Positions 49,779 through 63,384 of a stretch of 64,000 nt of DNA are shown here, piece after piece. Source of the DNA: Nageia nagi. Lineage: Eukaryota; Plantae; Pinophyta. The notes below the pieces were generated by a model. It made no database searches and had not been told where the DNA came from. It worked only from the letters and a program-made list of their open reading frames with translations. A program made the translations under genes and the position numbers. The number at the start of each line of letters is the position of its first letter. Positions within the stretch are counted from its first letter, which is position 1. The stretch is from assembly GCA_050084985.1 (NCBI GenBank), contig JBITNC010000002.1, forward strand, positions 26,040,001 through 26,104,000. The letters are read 5' to 3'.

Positions 49779-52700
49779 AATGCCATTTACATAAACTTTG
49801 AAAAATAGTCTGTTTTTCTTATGTGAAGGATTCCAATAGAGTTCACGATAATTTGGAAAAAACTATATGTTACCGTCACTGACTTTCCATCCAGGTCCGA
49901 ATTCTTGTATAACCTTGAATTTAAACTTGAGCAAGCTAGGTGACAAGCCTCTTAATTACTTTCAAACTGTGGATCCTTGTGTTCTCGAGTTGGATTCATT
50001 CAATAGTGAGGAGGGGACTTTGGTTCAAAGAATGCTCTTAGCTTACCAAACCTAATGAGTAATGCCCTCTTTAGAATTTGCCAAAATGTATAGCTATTGA
50101 TGACTCTTTAACTGTAGCTGGCTTTGAGCCATTATACTTTCCACCTCTTGTGTTTTTCCCCACTTTTAGTGTGCAGGATTCCAATGAAACTACCTTCATC
50201 TATCGAAAGCTCAATTTCAAAGTTACATTTAAGATATTGTTTCAACCCTATTTTTAATTGAGAGTTGAAGAGAAACCTTTTTGATGGGTTACACATGGGC
50301 TAGCTGCTAAAAATTATGACACCACTATGAGCTGCAATTAAGATCAATACCCTATCACTTTCAAAATTTACCTTCTTTCCAGCAACCTTGTCAACATATT
50401 TTTTGCTGGAAATAAATTCTGAAAAGAAATGCAAGATATGTTGCTATATGTCCTTGGGTCTATTCCCACTTATGATAAATCCATTTTGACATGCTTGGAG
50501 CTATTCACCAAGAAGCTGCTATTACCTTTGCGAACCTTGGCTAAGTTGAAAGTGGTTGACGCTTAATTATTTGTCAATTCAGGAGACAGCTATCCATATT
50601 TTAACAAAATGAAGATAGGGCGGAGTCATTTACAAAACAAAAATGATAGAAGTTGCAATTCAGTCTTTATATGTTTTCTTATATCCAATTGCATGTACTT
50701 GAAACTTGAGCCTCTCTACCCTTCTCTATGTTGCTGCTGGTGCTGGATTTTTTCCTGGATGTGGCTAAGTTGAAGAACCAACGTCTTTGAATTTCTATTG
50801 TTTAGTACAGGTTTCGCATGTGATTCTACTAGCTGTATAATATAAGCTACTTAAGTGGAATACTATCATAGATAAGATTTATGCATGCCATATATTTCGA
50901 GGGCTTCTATATTTGGACGTTGTATCCTACTTTCTATTAATTTTCAAGGAAATCAACATAGAAATCCTAATTAAGCTTCTCCACCTCTTGGAAGGATCTT
51001 TGTATGATTGTTGTCGGAAAGGATTCTTTTTAAGTGTCTAGTATCTATTAAACAGAGAGTTTGGCTCAACACTGTATTCTTAACCTAATGTCTGTATAAC
51101 TTTCTTGTTTCATAAAAAAAGTTCTTCAAGGGAAAGGATATTATTTAGTTAATATGAAAGTAGGTGATGATGTGTGGTTTTTAGAACTTGGAGCTTTATG
51201 ACTTTTCTAAGGCAAAATTTGTATTGTACTTGATACATTCTCATATTGTATTTAATGATCCGTTGCATTTTGGTACACACTTTACAAGACTGAAAACATT
51301 TACTGTATATAATATGTGTCTGTAACTTCTATGTATGTTACTTGATTGCATATATAGAAATAGAAATAGAAATATCTATAAATATCCTTGGATGATCAAG
51401 AATATGTCAGTGGGACTCAACAGTACAATCCAGTGAAAAAGAGAAAGCAATAGGGTTAAAGACCCTAAGGAATGACAAAAATGCTATAAAAACTATACAA
51501 TCTCCAGTGGAATCACCATTTCAAAAGTGCTCTGTACTTTTTATCTGTTTTCCCTGGGCTCTGGAAACTGCTATCATTTTTGCATATTTGACTTTTCAAT
51601 ACAACTTTAGTGTTTTATTCTTGGCAAAATATTATTGGCTTGTATTTGTGGTTTGGTACTTAAATAGGTACGATTGTTCTGGACTTCCAGACAGATCCAA
51701 ATGAAGGGCAAAGTCTGTATTTGGAGGAGAATCTCAAGTTCGTTTCAACTGAAAGCAGGAACTGAGAACCACAGTTTACAGTATGAGCATAGAGTACAGG
51801 ATTGGTGAAAGCGAATGCTCTGTATATGGAAAACAACTGGCGGCACAGTTAGACTAGTACACATTAAGTTTATTATGAAGTTGAATTTGATATTCATGGA
51901 GGATTGACAAACTTACAGCTTCAATGAAAAGCTGTGAATTAGAAATTTTCAATTAAGATGTGCTGTCTTTGATTGTGTAACAAGAACATGCCAAGATTGC
52001 AATGTCTCTGTTGGAAGACGCCCATAGTATGTTGCAACTTTAGGAGGAAGAAGCATTATCATACAAGCAAATCTTAGTTAAAAATGTGCCTTCAGGATAA
52101 AAAACAGAAAACTTAGAGCTTTGGGCTTGGTGCTTGGGAAATATATATGTTTCTTCCATTGTTATTAATCTTTATAAAGGAGCTTTGTGTAAATTCAGTT
52201 TGATTTATTATATAGAACTTTTAATCATAGCTTTAGACGATTCAATCATTTAAATGTTCATAAAACATTAAGTTTTTTGCTGCAAAATTCCAAAGAATGA
52301 TATGTAGTGGGTGTTCTACTTATCTGAGAGATTGATCTGCCTGTAAGAATAATGTAAGAATCAAGTGTCAGAAATTTAATGATGCCCGTATTAAGAGAGT
52401 TTTTTTTGCATGACTGAAGCAATTATGTTGATTGTCCATATCTAGTAATCTGAACTTCAGAAGCCTTTGGACAACCCTGGTTTAAGGTAAATGCTTGAGC
52501 TGGTAGCTGGAACTTGTGTTCAATGAATGAAACCAACAATATATAAGAATGTTGCGATAAATGGAAAATGCTCATCTTTATAGACTACTTATCGATTTAA
52601 ATGCATTAATTCTTTTCCATAACAGATCGTTAAATTCAAGAAGTGAATTTTGATGATGTTGTCTTGGCAATGAATAATACCCATCGATAGCTAATAAATG

Positions 52701-53902
52701 TCGGATTTGAACAAGTTTGTCTGTGATGGAAAAAATTTCAAAAGTTGTTTTTTTAGAAGTAATATATTCTTGGCAAAAGTATTTTGCTTTTGCCTTCCTT
52801 TGAGAAAAAACACAAGGGTTTTGGCTTATCACATGGAAATCCTATTGAAGGTACTGAAGAAAAACACTTCTCAGACAAGCACAAGGAAAGGAAAATATGT
52901 CACTTGCATAGCATTCTGATGATAGTACTAATAGGAAATATGGACATTGTCTAGAAACAAAAAAACAAGTGTTTTAATGTTATATGATGGAATATTAATC
53001 AAGACTCTATTAAAGAGTAACCATGTAAGACTTGATGACAAAAGCACATGTAATGAAAAATAAGTCAATTATCTTTTTTTTTGCAAATTAAGCTTGGGTT
53101 CAATGTACAGCATAGAAATAATCCTAAGCATATCACAGATTATATAAGTAGAAAATGTGAGTTATCGAGAAAGATGTGGATAAGGTGATAGCATCTACCA
53201 AATGGAAAGATGTGGATAAGCTGATAGCATCTACCAAATGGATTTGAGAAAATGTGGGTACTAGTGAAATTGCTTTAGAGCAAGAGAAAATCTACAAGAT
53301 TACATCACTATTTAATAGCAGATTACATCACTATTTAATAGCAGATTAAGGATAGAAGGTGAGATGCTGCATGTAGCCCTGCGGTTCTATTCAATATAAG
53401 CTCAATATTTCTCTCTATTTATAGCATTGCTGTAGCAAAATAAATGTTCATAACTGATAAACCTTGTAATGTTTGACACATCAATTTCTTCAGCAAGTTT
53501 CACATTTGAATATATTTTTAAGAAATATGCCTTTGCTGACTATCATATGCATAGATACATAAACTATATAAACCCACAATTTCCTACATGCACAATTACT
53601 ATGTCAACTTCTAGATTGCATTGGAATGCTTATACATGTACCACATCCAAGTAGTTTAGTCAATTTCAACATATTGACTATCGACATGTCACCTGAGGAT
53701 TTGAACTTGGTCTCCTCTATGGAAGTGCACCTATTTATGATGTAAGCTCATTGCATTTCAGTAGTAATGCTACTGTTACTAGACAAAGAATTAAAATAAT
53801 TTTTCATGGGTACAAATTTGTATTTGGGTAGAACATAGTTCTCAACATGTAGTAACACAATATTTTGCTTGTCATTCAAAGCATTTCTTTGTATTCAGTT
53901 TT

Positions 53903-56900
53903 TAATCTGGAATGGTTTTGTCCAGAAAAATTACATCTTTTCATCATGGTGAATAAGTAAACATCTTATGTGAGTCATTTTAATTTCATAACTTCATTTT
54001 GGGATAATGTTAGTACTACCAAAACTTTTCATGGAGTTACCTGCAATTTCGTGGTTTCAAGAAATCTGTCAAAATATGTCAGTCATCTTCTAGATGCTAT
54101 AAGTTTTTGTACAAATCTGCAATTGAAGCAAATGTTATACCATTGGAAAGCCAATGAAAAGACCTTTCTCATGAGTATATGCATGCCTACCTTTGGTAAA
54201 GATTTGGCTACCATTTTCACAATTTTTCATGCAACCCTATCTTTGTTTCAAAATGGAGACAAAAATGATGTTGTTGTTTCTTATAGTACAATGACGTCGA
54301 TGCCTACAATGCTGTCAATGTTGTTTTCTGTAGTTACAATGACTGCGTTGTTGCAACAAGGAACACAAACAGTCTTTGGAAGATTAGAAGGCAGAGGGAA
54401 GTTCAATGATGCAATGACACTAGAAACAGAGCAACAAACTTTGAACATGGAAGGCCAGGCCAAGAGTCTCATACATCTTGGATTGTATTTATATTACTTT
54501 TGTTGTTTCTTTGTGACTACTATTGGTTGGAATAAATGAAGAATAAGGGATTGTGGAGGAGTTCAAAGAGCTGTTACTATGGAATGTTGTTCCAAACTGT
54601 TAGGCAATGTTATAAGTGTGTTGGTTGTTAATGCAGTGGCAATATATCATTTCCCTTTTGAGGTTGTATCTCCATTTAATTGTTAATAAAGGTGGTGCTC
54701 TATCCTTGAAAATGCTTTTTCCCCACATTTGGGTTTCCATTGTAAATTTCCATGTCTTAGTGTTGTGTGAATGATTTGTTAATTGTACTGTCATTTTCAG
54801 TAGTTAGTAGCATTTGCATTTGAGATTTGTAGTCTTCAATTTTAATTTGTAATTGCGAGAATAGTCATAGTATTGGCTGTTATCGCAGATCATAAGGTAT
54901 CAGAGCAATTTATCTTGTATGCTGATAACCAAATCTCAGAGTGAAGGTGATCTTATTGAACAAGATCTAGAGATTGCCTCAAGAATTTGATTGAGAAAAC
55001 AAAGAGAAATTGCCATTGAAAAAGATGAGTTTAACAAAAGGCTTCAAATTCTTGAAGAAATGCTTCACAATGTGGTCATAGAAGTTGCGAAATTAAAAGC
55101 TAGTCGAGAGGGTTCTTCCAATGAAGAACAACAATTTGGAGAGGGTTCTCAAATAGTGAGAAAATCATCTTTGAAGTTAGAGGTTAAGTTCGATTTCAAA
55201 TCTTTTGGTGGGGAGATTGATGTAGAAAAGCTTAACCAATGGTTTAAGCAAATGGAGGTGTATTTTCAGATGCAGAAGATTGAAGATAAAAATGAGTTAC
55301 CTACACTAAATTTGGAAGGCCATGCTTTGGTTTGGTGGGAAGCTTATACGAATTCCATTAAGAATAGAGATGAGTTACTTGTGAAGAGCTAGATGGAATT
55401 CAAGGAGTTACTTCAAAGTCAATTCTATCCTCTTGGTCATTATCAACAACAAACCATGGAGTGGTTTCATCTCAAGCAGGGAAAACGACAAAGTGTCCAA
55501 GATTATAAAACTGAATTCAAGAAGAGAGTGACATTGATTGATTCCTTGAAGAGACAAGAGACCTTGTTGAAATATATTAGAGGTCTCCATAGTTATCTTT
55601 GCCATACCATATTGCCTTTTAATCCTACAAATTTAGATCAAGTGTGTGTCCAAGCACAACATTTGGTGGCTTGTGGAAAGTCCAAGATGGAGGAGAAAAA
55701 TTTCAAGATGAAGCTCCAAGGGAAGGAAAAAGTCAAGGCCTTGTCAAAGAAAAATGGAAAGAAACATTGTTCTCATTGTGACAAAGATGGTCATGATTAT
55801 GTGGAATGTTGGAAACTTCATGACGAATTACAACTTGCATGGTTTAAGGAGAAGTCCAAAAAGAAGAATGTTGGAGTCTAAAAGGATGTTGAGAATAAGC
55901 CAAATTCTTGTGGAGTTGAAAGTACCTAAGATGTTGATGAGAAGCTTAATTGCGTCAGTGTGAAAGGTTCATCTTCGAAGGATGAAGAGAAAAAAATTCA
56001 TTTTTTCCATATCAAAGTCAAAACAAAGAAGACGAAGGTTGATGCTTTTTTTGATGTTGGTTCTCAAGTGGATCTTATTGTAGAGGAGTTGGTATGAAAA
56101 TGAAGTTGGAGACTTATCCTCATCCACATCCATATCCATTCACATAGATAAATAACAAGATGAAGATGCAAGTCACTCGACAATGCAAATTGAGGTTTGC
56201 CATTAATGTTGATTTCATTGATGAAATTGAATTGGATGTCGTACTTCATGATGTTTCTGGCATAGCTAGGAAGTGTTGGGATGTTTCTCCTTCCTCTTAC
56301 AAAGACCGCCTAAATGATAACTGGAAAGGCATCAAAACATGTGGTCTAGGCTGGGTGACTAACTTCCACTTGCAAGGATTGGTTACCCCAAGGTTTCTGT
56401 ATCTCAAAGTGTGGTCTATGGTGGTGATAAGAAATTGGAATGATTCAGTGAGCGGAGAGACAAAAACTGTTACCATATTTTACTGTGGGCACTGGATTTG
56501 TTTTATGCCAATTGAAAGGATAAAATACTCACAATAAATACTCACAAGTCATGTGACAACCACAAGCAAACACCAAGTAGTAGTGCCCAATTTCACAATC
56601 CCATGAAATGAAACAAGTCTTGATGTGTTAAGTTATGCACAACATTCACATACAAGAGTATTAAAGCAAATTAACAATAGTGTCCCCTCTTGAGCAAATG
56701 ATCAACCTCCTCTACAAAATGAGTCCCCTTGGGTTATTTATAGTTTTTGAATGAAACCCTAACCTTAATTCAAATTCAAATGAAATTAACAATAATTCTA
56801 ACTAGAAAATGACAAGTGTCAACATAAGATTTAATCCAACACTTTTGGGACCAAATTTTCCTCCATCACAAGGCATAACTAAAATATATAAAATTTAAAG

Positions 56901-59900
56901 TTCAAAATAAAGAAATTATGCATAAATAAATATATTGCATCAAATATGCAACATCTTCATTCCAACTGGTGCTCACGAGTCCTATTTCCTTCACCCTTGC
57001 AACAAATGACTTGAAAATTCCATCTTCTGGCACTCGAAAGAGCAATTGTCAACCTGTAGACATCATTAGAAAGGTCAAAGCACATTATCTTCGAAATCTG
57101 GCAACTTGGAGAGGGGCGTACTTCTCGAGGAGTGAAATTGGTGACTTTTGACAAGTGCTATTGATCCTGGAAGGCATTCCTTCTTGGGCGCACTTCTCAA
57201 AAAGTCATATTTTAGTTTTTTTGTGAGGTCCACTCAGCCCTTGGGTGACTTTGGTTGGTGAACACTCTCCAAACAGTCATCATTTCATCACTTTGAAGCT
57301 TGAAACCAAGTTTTCCTCTAATCGGACCCTTGGAAAAGTCATAATGTCATCGTTTGGCATGTCAAGTCCATCTTGATGCTCTCCTTGTTTGGGCGCACTC
57401 TTCAAAAAGTCATAATTCACTCTTTTTTTATGATGCACCCACACTGGGAAGTCTCTTAAGTTGGGGGCACTTATCCAAAAGTCATATTTTAGTCTTTTTT
57501 TGTGATGTATCCTCTTCTTTGTGCAATTTCAAAGTGATTTTGAGATCCTGGAACCAACACTTAGTTAAATTTTCATCATGAAACCCTTCGAAAGCCCTAC
57601 TAAGCTAGTTGGACTTCTCCAAAAGACATAATTTAGTCATTTTTTGTGATGCGCTCAACCTGGAGTTACTTCTACCTTGGGCGCACTTCTCAAAAAGTCA
57701 TAATTCAATCTTTTTTCTGGTGCACTTCATGCCTTAGTCATTTTTTTGCTTGAAAACTCATTTGGAAGCTCTCTCAAGTTGGGTGCATCCAAAAAAAGTC
57801 AATTCAGTCTTTTTTTTGGTGCACTCCATGCTTTAGTCATTTTTTTGCTTGAAAATTCATCCAGAAGCTCTTTTGAGTTGCACATAAAAAAAAGTCATAA
57901 TTTAGTATTTTTTTGGTGCGCCCACACTAGGAAGTCTCTTAAGTTGAGCGCACTTCTCCAAAAGTCATGTTTCGATCTTTTTTTCTCATGCGCCAACCTC
58001 CTTGTGCATTTTCAAGTCACTTTTTGGTGTCCAGAGCCATGCCTTAGTCAAATTTCCATTTTGAACCCATCTGGAAGGTCTCTCAAGGTGAGCACACTTA
58101 TCCAAAAGTCATGTTTCAATTTTTTTTCTCATGCGCCAACCTCCTTGGTGTTCCTCATCTCGATGCACCTAGGAAAAAGATTGAACTTTTACATGTAGAC
58201 ATTTTGAACACTTAGTCAATTTTTCGGGCTCTTGGACTTGTACCTTCCATCTTGACTCATCGCCTAGACTTGGGCTTACTTCACAAAAAGTTATATTCAG
58301 TCTTTTTGTGTGATGTGCTCCACCCTTAGACTCTCCTATTTTCCAGACTTAGTCAATTTTTCGACTTCTTCAAATTGGAGTTCACTTGACTATTATTGAG
58401 AGGGATGTACAACATTGGGCTCTTGATGTAGTTCGGGTGATTGTGATAAGATGGGTGAAACTCTAGCTTCCAATGGTTATGATTTAGCAAAAAGTTGAGT
58501 CCTCAAAATTAAGAATTTTGGGGCGTGCTATGGAGGCACAATAGGAAGTCCTTATTTATTTGATAGGGATGCTATTTTTTATTGGGGAGAAAACAAATAT
58601 CACCTTGTTAAGGATGGTGGGTTTGTTATTGTAAATTCTCGTGAGTAAAGTGAAGCTCCTTTTTCCATAGTGGAACAAATGAAAAGATTGATTAATTCCT
58701 CTTGAAATCTATCACTTGTGGTGATGAGAGATCCAAGAAACTTCTATTCAAGGATAGTGTCACTAGTCTTTAGTGAAAAACCAAAGATCAAGAAGACAAC
58801 TTATCATCATATGAGGAAATGTGATATGAAGGAGAGGCGTTCTTTTGCATATCCTAGAGGCAAAGTGGAAGAATGAGGTCATGGAGGATCCTACTTGCCA
58901 TTTACACTTGTTGGAGAACTTGTGCCATGAAGTCCATGGATTGTTTCGCTATATTATCCATGGAAAGAGAGTTGGCATCAGGCGACGTTGGGGATGATTG
59001 TTCCCAATCCTTATTGTCTCTAAGCTTTTGAGGGGCCAAAAGCTCCCCAACGGGGAAGGCTTGATCTGGAATGGTTTTGTTTGGATAAATGACATCTTTT
59101 CATTATGGTGAGTTAGTAAACATCTTATGGGAGTCATTTTGATGTTATGATTTCATTTTGAGATGTTGTTAGTACTACCAAAACTTTGGATGGAGTTATT
59201 TGCAATTTTGTGGGTCCAAGAAACCTGTTAAAATGTGTCAGTCATCTTCTAGAAGCTATAACTTTTTGTACAAAAATATCCATTTGAGGCAAACATTATA
59301 CCATTGGAAAGCTTACGAAAAGACCTTTCCAACAAGTTTCTGCATGCATAAATTTGGTGAATAGTTGGCTGCCATTTTCACAATTTTCATGTGACCCTGT
59401 CTTCCTTTCAAAACAAGGACATATATGATGTCATCTTTATTTTTGCAACCAAAATGATGATGTTATTGTTTACTACAACAAAAGCAATGTCATTGTTGTT
59501 TAATGTATTACAATGATGTTGGTGTTGTTTTCTGTAGTTACAATGACGCTATTGTTGCAGCAGGGAATACAAACGGTCTTCAGAAGATTAAAAGGTAGAG
59601 GGAAGTTCAAATGGCATTGGAGGTGAAACAACTATACTATAAACGAAGCGATGGACTTGGATCATGGAAGACCAAGAGTCTCATACATCTTTGGCTGTAT
59701 TTATATTGCTTTAGTTGTCTGTTTGTGACTACTGTTGGTTTGAATAAGTGAAGAATAAGGGCTTGTGGAGGAGTTCGAAGGGCTGTTACTATGGAGTATT
59801 GTTGCAGATTGTTGGACAATGTTAAGTTTATTGGCTGTTACTGCAGTGGCAATACATCATTTCTCCTCTGAGGCTGTATCTCCAGTTAATTGTTAATAAA

Positions 59901-60103
59901 GCTGGTGCTGTCTCCTTGAAAGTGGATTTTCCCCACATTGGGATTTCCACTATAAATTTCTGTGTCGTAGTGTTGGGTAAATGATTTGCTAATTGTACTG
60001 TCATTTTCTGTAGTTAGTAGCTCTTGCATTGAGATTCATACAGTCTTCAATTTTAATTTGTAATTGAGAGAATAGTAATAGTATTGCCTGTTATTGCGGA
60101 TCA
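53903..60103 (+). mobile_element. Ty3/gypsy element G, gag + protease only (TR-GAG-like, CRM-like gag), in intron 6
   Basis: Diverged ~1-kb LTRs at 53903-54892 and 59062-60103. TSD gtttt; PBS aggtatcagagc; PPT ggggaagg. Gag LEGHALVWWE and CSHCDKDGHDYVECW; protease FDVGSQ and IGSPYLFDRDAIF; no RT/RH/INT. Confidence 0.88.
56274..58543 (-). mobile_element. 2.27-kb solo LTR H (large-LTR gypsy type) inside the protease of G
   Basis: tgttg...caata ends; perfect TSD ggaag (56269-56273, 58544-58548); internal repeats cttgggcgcacttctcaaaaagtcata. Confidence 0.8.
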
Positions 60104-60382
60104 GTTTTTGTTTTCTTAGTACTCAAACCATTTTTTAGATCTGTATTTGACAACTTATATTTACTACAAGGTCCTTACCATAATGAATTTTCATTTCCAT
60201 GAGTAGTCAAATATTTTGTTTTGACTGAGATTTTTCATATGTTGAATTGCATTGCACTTTGCCTCTTAGGATTCTTAAGAGGCAAAATGTGATCTGAATC
60301 TGAAGTTATTCATTTCATTGATCACAAGCTGAATTTATTTGATTGAAGGGCTTATATAATATTGTTAATGTTCTTGAAACAG

Positions 60383-60494
60383 CGATATGTATGAAGGCAC
60401 CCGAACAGCAAGCGTGGGTGACATTCATGGGATAGAACATGTTTTAAAGCCATTGGAGGAAACTGGTGTGTTGATTAGGCGGAGTAATGAACAG
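60383..60494 (+). CDS. NAGS: NAGS exon 7 (start of GNAT domain), followed by a GC donor
   Basis: DMYEGTRTASVGDIHGIEHVLKPLEETGVLIRRSNEQ|gcacat. Confidence 0.9.
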
Positions 60495-60737
60495 GCACAT
60501 TCTTGTCCTTAGAACTAATTAGATTTTTGCTAAATTTTTCTCTTGAAGCATATCTTAGTTTTCTTGAGATATTTACAGATATTTGAGGATAGGATTACTT
60601 CTTGATGGAAAATCCGTAAGAAGATATTTTCTTTATGGAGGGGATGACTGATGATTAAGTGCTGGTTTATATGCAATTGGAGCTTTAACAGAAATAAACT
60701 TTATGCTTTGTTCTAAAAGACTATCTTGCCTTTTCAG

Positions 60738-60897
60738 CTGCTTGAAGAAATAGATAAATACACTGTGGTGGAGAGGGATGGTTCAATCATTGCATGTGCT
60801 GCTCTCTTTCCGTTCTATGATGAAAGATGTGGAGAAGTAGCTGCTTTTGCTGTTTCTCCAGAATGTCGAGGCCATGGACAAGGAGATAAATTGCTTG
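60738..60897 (+). CDS. NAGS: NAGS exon 8; remaining exons not found in the window
   Basis: LLEEIDKYTVVERDGSIIACAALFPFYDERCGEVAAFAVSPECRGHGQGDKLL|gtatgt (acetyl-CoA-binding RGxGxG). Confidence 0.95.
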
Positions 60898-62587
60898 GTA
60901 TGTAGTAATGTAAAATGGCCAATCTGTGTTTCTTTTGCACAGTTGAATATACAAATATTGTTGTGAACTGACTGATCCACTTGTAGTTGTGCTTGTGTTA
61001 GGAAGAAATATAGTTAGTACACAAAGTATTATTAATTTTGGACTTGTGCATCTTACAGTACCTGTTATGAAACGAAATAATTTCTATGAAGAATCTTATA
61101 TTTAGCAGATCTATCCCAATAGGTGCTAGTAGAGCTGGCATTCACTTTTATGATTCTACTTACAAACAAGATTTTTTTTTTCTGAACAAAATACCGAGTC
61201 TCCTAATTCTAGGAATGGGCACCCTTTGAACAGAAATTTACATTTGAATTCCTGCATGAACAAATTCTTAGTCTTGCAGTATTCCAAATATCTTTGCTGC
61301 ATGTGCTTACAATTCAAGTGTTTCGCAATCTAACAACCTTCATATCTTTAAGGGACAAGAAATTTTTTTCAATACGTTTGGACTAATTTTAAGAAGTTCC
61401 AGGGATTTCACATTGCCAAGTAGTACCAGAGTGTTTATTTTCTAGCCATAATGGTGAAACACAATGTTCTTGGAAGCTCTTTTCAAAGGGCTGATGAACA
61501 CATTTCCTGAGCTGGAACGGTGATGCTGATAAAGAAGTAAAAAGTTGAACCTCTTCTTTATCATGTACCAAATTGATTATTCAGACCAGAACTGTACCTG
61601 TAACTGTAATTATAACTGTAACTGTATATATTCTCTGTTATGACAGTAGTGCATGCGACTGAAGGGAAGACCACGAGTCATTCCCAGTCCTTACATTAGA
61701 ATAGTATTAGGCTTTAGCTAGCAATATTTGTGTTGTGTCAATTGTGTGTGAAAAGCTTGTATTTTCTTTTAGTGGTGTAACAGTTAATAGATGGCAATTT
61801 TTGATGCTCTTTTGCTGTGTTAAAACTCTGATTTGTGTGTTTCAAGTTTGTTTTTTAGACTTGCCCAAAGCTATTGGAACAAGGATGCCATTTTGGAAAT
61901 TGTGCAAGTTTCCAGGAATTTTTGAAATGGTTAGGAGTTTCTCAGCCTAGAGTTCTATCTAGAAAAAAATCTTCAGAAGAAAAACATAAAAGAGAACGGG
62001 GAGGTATCATGGTCACCACCACATCCCTATGTTTATGAAAACTGTTTCTGCAAATAATTTGTAAGTTTATTCAAGTTTTCTGTTGTTTTGATGTTTGAGA
62101 TGTGGACCTCACACAACAACAGCATGCATGCCAGTGCTCTTTGTGTTGTCTGTTAAATATTAAACAGGTACACACTCCAGGCACCGGTTTGTATCAACAT
62201 TGTAAAGGCCATAATAAGACTTGATTATGTATATTGTTGTATTGTGATCTGCTTGATTCTTTCCCTATTAATTGTCTTTGCCGGGCAGCAGTTGTGAACA
62301 GTCTCATCTCTATTTGTAGTTATCTCTTGTGTTGGCAAGGGAGATGTAGGTATCATTATCATAATCTCAAAAGGACATAATGGCATGAGTTAATGGAATG
62401 CTGATTATGTAACCATGCCTGGAAAGTATGATGTACAACATTTTGTAAATTATATTTAAGAAGCCGGTTTCTTTGTTCTGCATTTGTTGTCTCAATGTGG
62501 GTTATCATCTACATTCATGCTAATGTGTATGCATATTATGTTTGACTTAATAGTATAAGTCAACCTATTGAGACTTGATATTCATAG

Positions 62588-63384
62588 CAAAGTTGTCAGA
62601 CTCGGAATCGGATCGGAATCGTTCGGCTGGAAGATTCTGATTTTTCAAGAATCAGCAAAAAAGGGGTAAAAAATCAGCAAAAAATCGGCCAATAAGAAAA
62701 ACTGAGAATTTTTATAATTTGACATTGAAACAAATCATTTTCAGTTATCTCTCAACATTGCATATAAAATAAAACAACATTCCATTTCAAATAACACGTT
62801 ACACAAGTGAAAACATATTTTAGCATTGGAAATTGTGGAGTTTTCAGTTTTGTATTACAGATCAAATGTCCAAGGACCAAAACACATCAAAAATTTCAAA
62901 GTTCTCAAAACAAAATCTGAACCAAAACATTTATCTAGATTCTAATGTCCATATTGTCTTTGTTTCCCCCCTTATCAAAATCTCTTTTGTTGCTTTAGCC
63001 TTGTTAGTGGTTTTTGCTGGTTCTTCTTCAGGTTCTTCTACTTGGGAATATAATTGATCCCGTACTTGTGGTTGTGTTGGAATTTAGTTCAAATCGTGCA
63101 AATGATGTTTCTCCTAGCTCCTCCTAGCTGAAGTTCGCAAAAAAAATTAAAAATAAATCAAAATTTGACCTTTTTTTCCTCCCTAACCAGTGCTTGCGAT
63201 TTTTTGCCGATTGTTTTCCAAAAATGGGCAAAAAATCGGATCGGAATCTGCAAAAATTGGGAAAAAATTGCCACGTCAGTAAAAATAAAAATAAAACAGA
63301 ATCGGTTTAGAAAAAATCGTTCGTCTCGCCGATCCCGATTTTTTTGCCAATTTTTCCGATTTTTTAGCGATTTTTACAACTGTG
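62588..63384. mobile_element. Non-autonomous hAT element (797 bp) in intron 8
   Basis: Perfect 8-bp TSD attcatag (62580-62587, 63385-63392); TIR caaagttgtca/ttacaactgtg; subterminal aatcgg/ccgatt repeats. Confidence 0.88.

Noticed and set aside
51680-52070. Coding-like stretch in intron 6
   Set aside because: No continuous frame or recognisable domain; needs BLASTX
53168-53347. Short 36-bp and 23-bp tandem duplications (also ~31 bp at 43172-43240)
   Set aside because: Ordinary slippage duplications in introns
53970-54539. 189-aa ORF
   Set aside because: Lies within the 5' LTR of G and is not preserved in the 3' LTR
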